Part shown: positions 1-8,423 of the stretch, piece after piece | Layout: each line of letters starts with the position of its first letter | How positions within the stretch are numbered: position 1 is the stretch's first letter | DNA from: Lepidodermella squamata | Taxonomy: Eukaryota > Animalia > Gastrotricha | DNA: 22,759 bases | Direction of reading: 5' to 3' | Assembly: GCA_047495785.1 (NCBI GenBank) | Contig: JBLDXI010000150.1 | Location: forward strand, 1-22,759 | Position numbers and translations under genes: made by a program | Notes under the pieces: generated by a model | The model's input: the letters and a program-made list of their open reading frames with translations, nothing else | What the model was told of the DNA's origin: nothing | Database searches by the model: none

Positions 1-1115
1 CAAGCAGTGAGACTTTGGATGCCGTTTTAGGACCCCCTTCTATCTTTTTCTAATAATCGAACAGTTTTCAATAAAAGTTGGCAGGTATGTATTCTCCTAC
101 CTATCTATACTCCCAATAATCGAAGAAATAACGAAGAAGTTGAACGACGCGTTTTAGGAGGCCATTTACCTGAAAAACGGGGTAATTTTTGACACTTTTG
201 GACGGTACAGAGATAAATAAGTGAGAAAAGGTAGGAAACTCGTGCATGAGCTAGTTCCGATATTCGGCGTCAGCTGTGGCCAATCGTTAAGAAAGAAATT
301 TAGGAGCAAATAATGCTGTTTTTCAATTTTCCATGTCCGAAAACACGTTTTGTCCAAAGTTACTCCTCGTTACGGTATTGATTTTTCGAATTTTGTTTAA
401 ATTTAGTGACCCAGTTTAATTCCAACTGTCAAATGACGATTATCTTGAATACAACCTTGTTATTTTATCCGGATAAATTCAAGAAGGATTTGAAGGTGTA
501 GCAGGTTATTTCAGATGTCGGCATTGATACCATCCGATTACGCGTGAAATTCTGCGTGTTCCTTGACCATGAAACCCAACAACACTCCACCGGTTTTGTT
601 CATTGATTATAGGAAAAATTTCGCACATTATTTTGTCTCAAAATGCGAATTTATAATATGAGACACTCCGCCAGAAAACAGCCCAACTTTTCACAGTTAT
701 TAGAGAACTTCACCACGAAGCAACCAAGGTATTAATTGTTTGGAAATATCGGTTTTCATCTCATAAGACAAAGGATTTTTTTCTGAAAATAAGTATCGAC
801 ATTAACAGTATCTTAAAGTATCCAGAAAATAAAATTTAAAAACTAAAAATAAAATACAAATAAAATTTGGGCTGTCTCATATTATAACGACGCAACTTAA
901 CGGAGGGGTTTGATGGCCCTCTTTTACGCAGCCTGGTTCCGCTTGCTTTGTCGCGATTGCTGATACTGACTACAAGAAATGCATTACCTCAAACCGGACT
1001 TCTTAGCTCTGTTTGCACCGAACTGCAACCTAGCAAGCGGTCGACGTCCAAGATAAACTACGCTTGGAGTATAATAGTACATCATTCCATTTCTCCAAGG
1101 AACTATGCCCCACCT

Positions 1116-1145
1116 TTGTCCCAATTTTGTCCCAAGTTGTCCCAA
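1116..1145. repeat. Three tandem copies of TTGTCCCAA
   Basis: Exact copies at 1116-1124, 1127-1135, 1137-1145. Confidence 0.8.
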
Positions 1146-1363
1146 TCGCAGCGTTATTAAACAATACCTATTATATGCACATAGTCTATAGCAAAATATC
1201 GTTGCCCATATCCAGGGATTTGTTTGCTTAATCTCATAATTAGATCGCCAGTTTTTTTCGGGTTAAATCACTTGGCATTTTGTTTACACTGTCAACCCAG
1301 TGCGTCAAGCTGCAGAGGATTCAAAGCATATTTATCCTGCTGTAAATAATTTCCTGTTAAAAA

Positions 1364-1735
1364 ATGGTTAAATCAATTCTGATCGTCTTTCTTGCCTTGT
1401 CGATTGTTGTTGGTAGCTTGAATGGCCTGACTTGCTACAAAGGCGAGGTGTCGTCGATGACGAGCTCATCGATTTCGATCAATCCGAGAGACCACGGCGA
1501 CCAGATTAAGCTGGAAAGTGGCTGTACCTCCTGCTCACGAACAATGAGCTCTACTACGTATCCACATCCATATTCGTCAATTGGATACGATTGTGAAAGT
1601 GACACGAGCGCATGTGGCGAAAAGATCATGGTCAACGTAATGGGGGCACCCGAAAATACGACACAATTTAGTTGCCAATGCTGCTCCGACAAGTGCAACG
1701 GCGAGGCTGGATGTCGCGTTAAATTTTGCCTCTAG
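1364..1735 (+). CDS. Small secreted cysteine-rich protein, Ly6/uPAR (three-finger/LU-domain)-like, 123 aa
   Basis: ATG in AAAAATG context; hydrophobic signal peptide MVKSILIVFLALSIVVGSLNG; mature start LTCY and C-terminal CQCCSDKCN match the LxCY...CCxxDxCN LU pattern; 11 Cys in mature part; AATAAA at 1859-1864. Confidence 0.7.
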   Translation: MVKSILIVFLALSIVVGSLNGLTCYKGEVSSMTSSSISINPRDHGDQIKLESGCTSCSRTMSSTTYPHPYSSIGYDCESDTSACGEKIMVNVMGAPENTTQFSCQCCSDKCNGEAGCRVKFCL

Positions 1736-2358
1736 TATTTCCACAGGCATCGCAACTCCCAGGTCATTCGCCGTTATTAAGTTGGACGATATCAGCTTAT
1801 GCTCTAGCATTGAACACTAATCCAACTCAACCGGTAATTGTAAATACCGCTGTAGAATAATAAAGTTTCCCCGTGAAAATTTCGAGTACATTTGGAGTTT
1901 TCTGCGATGTTACAGTGTTTCCTACAGTTTTTTTATTTTTTCATTCCTAATTTTGTTTGCGATCAAACAGTGGCGAAATAATATTGTCAACAAGTAAACG
2001 CGAAGGAAAAAATGTCGCGGCGCCTCACTACCGATTGCCAATGTCAAAGTCGTTAAGATAGAGATTATCGACCCTTGAACACCACAAGCTTTTAAGTAAC
2101 ACTAACTCCAACATAGTTACCTACTTCCATTCACTTTTTAGGTCACTTCAGGCTCAAACCAATCTTGGGCGGATCAAAACGGCTAAATTGAAGATCAAAA
2201 TGAAGCCTAATATTTTTATTTACTCCTTTATTTTGGAGCTTGAAAATTATCGTAAGAGGTGAATTGCGAAAATGATTTACTTGGGTACATCAAATTGCAG
2301 GCTCAAAGCTGATAATTTTAATATAGCATTGCGTTATTCAGTAAAAGAGCAACAATTC

Positions 2359-5300
2359 TTAGTTAGGGATAGCATCGATAGCAGCAATGAGCCCAGCCCA
2401 GACCTCGAGACCACTTGGGGTGATTTCAGACTCTGGCTGAACGAATCCGTTGATACTGTTCTTACCAGGGCGCAGCTCTAAGCAATAGCTGTACTTGATG
2501 CCCGCCACAGCCTTAGCCCAGTCGATCGAGCCACCAGAAGCTTCGTACAGGAGATCGACGATATTACCCGCCTTCCAGGTCTTTTTGTTAACAGCTTGAA
2601 GGGCAGCGACACCAACTTTCGCAACGCGTTCCTACGACATAGGTATCAATGAAAATGTTTTTTAACAGATTTAAAGCAAAAATCTCCTACCAGTTCGGTG
2701 TAATCAGAGGGCTTGCTGGTACCACTCTGTTTAACACCGTATGGGATCAACCAGTATTGCGAGTAGGTATGGAGAGAGAAATAAACACGGCTATTGTCCT
2801 TGTTAGCAAAGATGAAGTCGGACAGCGCCTTAGTCTCCGGCTCTGAAAAGGCTGACTTTCCACGGTAGGTATCAGAGCAAGGCTGTGAGCTGGCGCCAGA
2901 TGCTAGTATAAAGAAAAAACGAATGACACTTGCTTTTAGCTGAAACTTTCAATTACCTCCAAAGGTGTAGTTCCAGTTGCGGTTAGGATCAGCGCCAAGG
3001 CATGTTTTACTGCCGTAGTTCGAACGGGTTTTGCGCCACAAGCGCTCCTTTCGCGTGTATTCGTAGCCGTCTGGGTTTGAAACGGGGATGATGTACCAAT
3101 CGTAGGTGTCCAGCATCCGCTTAGCTTCAGGATCTTTCGAGTAAGTGTTGACCAAACGGTCGATAAGATAAACGACAGTGCCAACGGAGAGCCATTCTCT
3201 GTAATTTCAAAATACAATTAAGTTTTGGAACATTGTATTTTATAGCGGTGAGCTAAAAATATAAGTAGCAGCCTTATGAAAACCGTTTCCAGAAGTTTTC
3301 GATGATTTCCTTGACTAAGCATTAAGTGAGCCAATTCGAACTACAGTTAGGATGGCATCAATTAACACTTAGTTTAGAATAGAGTAGTTTCCTCTTTTAT
3401 ACATTTTGCGAAATTTCCTTTTCCTCTTTTGCAGTCGAATTTGGATAAAAAGAGCAGCGCAAAACGTTTTGTCTGCATGCTTGATTTTTTCGACAGTATC
3501 ATGTCTCTCAAAGTTGCTCTTCTTATAGCAATCACCGTCAAGCTCGCGAATGGTGCTAACAAGCCTTACTCACTACGACAGCTCAGCTTAACAACAATAC
3601 CAAGCGCAGATCCTAAGGTGTTTTACGCATCAGGATTGCCGTCGCAGCTAGTCTACGATAACATCAACAATCGTGATGACATTTTGCCAGGGTACCAGAT
3701 AATTCGTGACATAAGGGATGACAATTACGGTTATGCTGCTACAACTCGTTTGATAAGATTCCGCCAAGAATGGAATGGCTCAGAAGCGTATGGTGGTTAT
3801 CAATCCCCTGTTGTTATCGGGCCCCTTCTCTCCACTGGATGTCAAGCTATTGGTTCACTTCTCCCATACGTCAATAGCGTTGCTCTGTCAACGTACTGTA
3901 ATACTCCCTACCTAACTGAGCACAGTAGATATCCTAATCTATACCTTTCGATTACGACTTTCAAAACTTCAGCAGTAGCGAATCTTCGATTTATGCGCGA
4001 GGTAGGAGGCTGGAACAAATTCGCCATTATTGTAGAGTCATTCGGTGCAGTTTCAGACTTATCAATGGTTACCTATTTAAATGACAAGGCTGTGGAGAAT
4101 GGTTTCACTGTAACATGGTTGGATGTCCTAAAAAACGCGGACATTTCAATCCTCCTGAATTTGAAAGACTCTGGGGCACGAGTGATTTTCGCCATGATAT
4201 ACACGCAGTCTCTGGTCGCAGAATTTCTATGCGAGGCTTACAATATCGGAATGACGAAGCCGCGATATGTTTTCATAATTGCTAATACCCAATTCAGCTT
4301 TCTGGTCCCTCGACGGTGCACGCGGGAAATCATGGACATTCAGTGGCAGCAGGTATTTTTCTACGGCCCGATGTTTAAGCCACTTAACTACTCCAACGTT
4401 TGCGATTTGGGTTATACAGCTGCAGATTTCAGAGATAAAATGATGCGCATGTTGAACACAACTTCCGAGGATGACTTTTTATTTGCCTACACCCTTCATG
4501 ATGTTTCTTTGCGATCCGCCATGGTTCTGCACGAGTCTGAGCGACGACTACAGCGCTACTTTAACCTTACCTTGCGAGACTACCATCGCTACCCTGATCT
4601 TGTGTCAAAAGTTGTCAATCGCTCGATGCTTGAAACAAAGATTCGAGGGTTGAAAATTTCGGAAATGTCATTCAGCCCTAAAGGCCTTGGCCAGGGCGAT
4701 GTTGAATCGGTTTTTCAATGGACCCCCCAAAACGGTATGCAGCCCGTTAGCCTGATTCGATCGATCGTCAACGACAGCCTAGACGATTTCGACTACGCCA
4801 AGTACAAACTCGAAAATGTTGGAACCATAAAATGGCCGAATGGGAAGAGACCCCTTGATGGGGCAAAGGTTATCACATCCTTCCTTAGCCTAGACAGCGG
4901 AACTACTGGAACTTGCTGGGTTTTTATCATTTTAACCACGCTATTTCAAGCTGTATCTATTTTAATGATATTGTTAAGGAAACTACATCCAACAGATTAT
5001 GGGAATTCGAAAATACTAGCAACCGTTGGTTGTTTAATCATCAATTCGGCGGCAGCTTGCTTTATAACAGACAGAGGGCCAAGCTCCGGTAATACTGTTG
5101 CGGCTTCGATCTCATTACTAAGCCTAGGTGCCAGTATGGCACTCAGCACTGTGGCTTTTCGTTGGCTCGTCATTAAAAATTACATTAATAAAGCTCTATT
5201 GAAGCAGCGCAATGCGACTGGAAGTCGAGCTAATTCGAACTCGAATCTGAACAGGCTGGGTACCGTTATTTCATTTACAAGATCCTTATCGCCCTTTGGC

Positions 5301-6527
5301 ACAATATCCGATGGTCTAAACAAATTTGTTTTGACTTTCCCCACAAGTATTTGGACTGATTTTGACAAGCGAATCACGATTTCGACCGCTGTTTTCTCAG
5401 CTGGAGTCGCTATTATTGTAATAGCATGGCTGATATTGCAGGAAATAAGCTGTCAGGAAAAGCTTTTTGCTCCGCCTGTCTATTTTGAAAATGAAGACAC
5501 CTTTCTCGAATCAAGGTTCATAGACTGTGCAGTATACGGAACCTCTTCGTGGGGGCTGTTGGGCGCAATCACCGGAAGCGTTATCTTGCTGCTTTTAAGC
5601 GGTTTGATCGCAGCTTACAATTTGAAGCAGATCAAAGGGGTATCAGCTAACCTACGCGAAATTCTGTCGAGCTGGCTAGGGATTCTAGCGGGCGTGAGCC
5701 TATTTCCTGCAGCCGTGCTGATAGTTGTTGCTACAAATAGCGATCCTATCAAGCAACAGGCCGCGATAGCTTTTGTTTCAATCTTCATCTCACTTGTCAC
5801 TTCAGTTACCTGGATCTATCCTTGTTTCTACAAGGAGCGAAGACCTAAACCTTCTCTGAACGTGACACCTTCAAACAATAGACTTTCGGGGGGTTGAGAT
5901 GAAGTGTGAAACTTGAGCTATCATATTACCACGAAAAAATCTTATACAGAAGGTGATTGCATAAGAATAAAATGTATGTTAAGCTAACCTTGCATGCATG
6001 GTGCCTTCGATCCAGATTTTCTGCTTCGGGGAATCAGAGTCAGCGCCCAACTTGATCCACTTGAAGGTTCGCCCTTCAAATGACGTGCCCACATCGCCGC
6101 AGGTTGCCAATCCTGACTGCTGACTGCAAACCTCTTCAAGCCACGTGTTCAACGCGTCTACGGTAGGATAAGTCCCCACAATAGAGGCGCGGTTGTTACG
6201 GTTTTTCGCATCCTGTGCATTGACATTGTCAATCATTTCTTGAACATCACCGATCAACTGCTTGTACGGCATGTTTACGGTTTGCATCAAGTTGGTGAAC
6301 ATGGCAACTGAAGCCGCACCAACGTGAATATCAGCTGGGTTGTTGACATATGATGGCTCTTCCCAGTAGTCAAACTGATCCGACGGGGCGTCGAGGAATT
6401 GCCGCAGGATAGCTAGATGGTCCTCGGTTGCTGGGTACACCTGGAACACTTTGTCACCATTGTAGGTTTTGTCACCCGAGACAGCGGCTACAACAGCGAG
6501 AATGAGAATCAGAACTTTTGATGTCAT
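2359..6527 (-). CDS. Pro-carboxypeptidase A/B family (M14A), paralog CP1, 4 exons, ~421 aa
   Basis: Exons 6527-5989, 3198-2957, 2902-2691, 2631-2359 (1266 nt, in frame; all introns GT..AG: 2790, 54, 59 bp). Signal peptide, activation segment, HAR|E (His69/Glu72), LWRKTR (Arg127), DPNRNW (Asn144/Arg145), SLHTY (His196), LYEASGGSIDW (Tyr248, Ile255), YCLELR (Glu270), bovine CPA numbering. Confidence 0.92.
3501..5897 (+). CDS. Intronless class C GPCR, GABA-B-receptor-like (Venus flytrap domain + 7TM, no cysteine-rich domain), ~798 aa
   Basis: ORF 3429-5897; probable start ATG 3501 gives signal peptide MSLKVALLIAITVKLANGA (alternative ATG 3477). Flytrap motifs INNRDDILPGYQI, VIGP, RYPNLY, GWNKFAII, LKDSGARVIF, FLCEAY..G....YVF; stalk IKWPNGKRPLD; seven hydrophobic segments; AATAAA at 5966-5971. 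Confidence 0.85.
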   Translation: MSLKVALLIAITVKLANGANKPYSLRQLSLTTIPSADPKVFYASGLPSQLVYDNINNRDDILPGYQIIRDIRDDNYGYAATTRLIRFRQEWNGSEAYGGYQSPVVIGPLLSTGCQAIGSLLPYVNSVALSTYCNTPYLTEHSRYPNLYLSITTFKTSAVANLRFMREVGGWNKFAIIVESFGAVSDLSMVTYLNDKAVENGFTVTWLDVLKNADISILLNLKDSGARVIFAMIYTQSLVAEFLCEAYNIGMTKPRYVFIIANTQFSFLVPRRCTREIMDIQWQQVFFYGPMFKPLNYSNVCDLGYTAADFRDKMMRMLNTTSEDDFLFAYTLHDVSLRSAMVLHESERRLQRYFNLTLRDYHRYPDLVSKVVNRSMLETKIRGLKISEMSFSPKGLGQGDVESVFQWTPQNGMQPVSLIRSIVNDSLDDFDYAKYKLENVGTIKWPNGKRPLDGAKVITSFLSLDSGTTGTCWVFIILTTLFQAVSILMILLRKLHPTDYGNSKILATVGCLIINSAAACFITDRGPSSGNTVAASISLLSLGASMALSTVAFRWLVIKNYINKALLKQRNATGSRANSNSNLNRLGTVISFTRSLSPFGTISDGLNKFVLTFPTSIWTDFDKRITISTAVFSAGVAIIVIAWLILQEISCQEKLFAPPVYFENEDTFLESRFIDCAVYGTSSWGLLGAITGSVILLLLSGLIAAYNLKQIKGVSANLREILSSWLGILAGVSLFPAAVLIVVATNSDPIKQQAAIAFVSIFISLVTSVTWIYPCFYKERRPKPSLNVTPSNNRLSGG
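5966..5971 (+). promoter_or_regulatory. Probable polyadenylation signal of the nested GPCR
   Basis: AATAAA 68 nt after the stop codon and 17 nt before the host intron boundary at 5988. Confidence 0.6.
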
Positions 6528-6955
6528 GGTTTTTGGGGGCGATAGAAACAGAAACTTGGACTCTTCTCACTTCCGACACGCTTTAAAAAGGTAGCGATAA
6601 GGTTTTGGCAATTGCCTCACGCCCTTAAGTCTTATCAAATTATTGCCGTCGTTTTTTTGTAACCTCAGCTTCCGGGACTGAGTGCGAGTTGGTGCCTCAA
6701 TTCGTTGCTTATCTTGGCTAATTATCCAAAGGTCACACGGCGGCGCTGCATTTCCCCTAATTTAAATCCGAGGTACTGTTGTAAAAAAATTACTGATGCC
6801 AAATTTGGATAAACCTTCTGATAACTCTCCTCGATCACAAAGCAAATTGTGAGTATAAAGCCCGAGAAAACTTGAAATGACCTAAATTATCTTGAGAACA
6901 AAATGATGGATTCATGTAGTGCTTTCGGTTTATTTTGTGTGTTTTAAGAGCAAGC

Positions 6956-8266
6956 TCAATCTGGAATAGCATCGATAGCAGCGATGAGACCAGCCCAGAC
7001 TTCGCGACCACTCGGGTCGATTTCCGAGGTGGGTTGGACAAAACCACTCATACTGCCAGAGGATGGGCGCAGTTCGAGGCAGTACGTGTATTTGATGCCA
7101 GCAACAGCTTTCGCCCAGTCTTGCGAAACTCCTGATGCTTCATACAGCAGATCAACAATTGTTCCAGTTCGCCACGTACGGCCGTTAACCGCCATCAAAG
7201 CTCTAGCCCCGGCATCAGCAACTCGTAGCTGCAGAAATCAATGACAACTAGTCAGTTCAATACCAAAATAACCTACCAATTCGTTGTAGTCGGTCGGTTT
7301 AGGTCTGAAACCCCAGGAAATCAGCCATAGCTGAGAAAAGGAATGGATTGAAAAGTAAACTCGTGTGTTGTCCTTATTAGCCAATATGAAATCAGCCAGA
7401 GCCTTGACTTCTGGCTCCGAAAACGCATTAGGACCAGCATAGGTGTCTGAGCAAGGATTGTTACTGGCCCCACTGCCACCCCACTTGTAGTCCCAATTAC
7501 GATTAGGATCCACCCCAAAACAAGTTGTTGTCTGTTTTGAGCGAGTTTTGCGCCATAGTCGCTCGCGAAGTCGGCTGAACTCGTAACCATCAGGATTTGA
7601 CAGTGGAATGATGTACCAGTCGTAGTTGTCCAACATCCTTCTAGAAACAGGATCGGTGTTATATTGATTCAATAAACGATCGATGATGTAGACAACGGTG
7701 CCAGTTGACAGCCATTCTCGAGCATGCATAGTGCCCTCAATCCAAATTTTCTGCTTCTTCACGCCCTTTTGAGCAGGCGCGCCTAGTTTAATGTATTTAA
7801 TTACACGATCTTCAGTCGATGTTCCGACATCGCCGCATTCAGCCAAACCGGGGTTTCCAATGCATAAACTTTCCAACCAACTATTAAGTTGATCGTAAGT
7901 TGGATAAGTGTTAACAATTCTGTCATTTGAATAGCTTTGAGCTTGGCTCTTAGCGTCAACCTCATCAATCAGTTCTTGAACATCCGGAACAGCGATTGAA
8001 TAAGCGATTTTTGTGACATTTAACAAATTCAAGAATTTCGGAATTGTTTTCGAATCGATTCTAATGTCCACTTTTGTGTTGATTGCAACGGGTTCGGACC
8101 AAAAGTCGTATTGGTCGGATGATTCATCTTGAAGAGACCGAATCAGCTCGAGTTGATCGACGGATGTCGGAAATAGCCGGAAAACCTGATCACCCCGATA
8201 GCTTCTCTGCTGTGCAAATGCGAAGCTTGAAAGAATACCGATAGTTAAAAATAGCTTGAAAATCAT
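6956..8266 (-). CDS. Pro-carboxypeptidase A/B family (M14A), paralog CP2, 2 exons, ~420 aa
   Basis: Exons 8266-7277 and 7228-6956; 48-bp intron GTAGGT..CTGCAG. Signal peptide, HARE, LWRKTR, DPNRNW, SIHSF, LYEASGVSQDW, YCLELR; minus-strand AATAAA at 6929-6934. Confidence 0.93.
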
Positions 8267-8423
8267 TTTTCTGCACGAGAAAATGATGAACTTTAGGGGA
8301 CTAGGAGATGGTATCTCACATTAACCCTTAGAGAGATAAGGAACGCTGTAAAAAATGGCTGCCAATTTTTATCTCGAAAATTCTCGATTATTTACTTGTT
8401 CTGCGTCATGATTAAAAAATAGA

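Larger units (their letters stand above)
3199..5988 (-). other. 2790-bp phase-2 intron 1 of CP1, hosting a nested antisense GPCR gene
   Basis: Donor ...CATGCAAG|GTTAGC at 5988 and acceptor TTGAAATTACAG|AGAATGG at 3199 (minus strand). Splicing restores MHAREWLSVGT, colinear with MHAREWLSTGT of CP2. Confidence 0.9.

Noticed and set aside
1-1160. Short ORFs 166-357 and 948-1160, and a stop-interrupted frame near 467-606
   Set aside because: Non-ATG starts, no recognisable motifs and no coherent splice model; left unannotated.
2272-2846. Plus-strand ORFs 2272-2481 and 2649-2846, and similar short ORFs such as 6935-7244 and 11466-11897
   Set aside because: They are antisense or alternate-frame shadows of carboxypeptidase and ankyrin exons.
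3429-3500. TTG-initiated N-terminal extension of the nested GPCR
   Set aside because: Non-ATG start overlapping an acceptor-like tract; ATG 3501 directly yields a signal peptide.
5979-6527. The 182-aa ORF as a truncated carboxypeptidase pseudogene or stand-alone pro-domain
   Set aside because: Canonical splice sites join it in frame to exon 3198-2957, giving a full-length enzyme with all catalytic residues.
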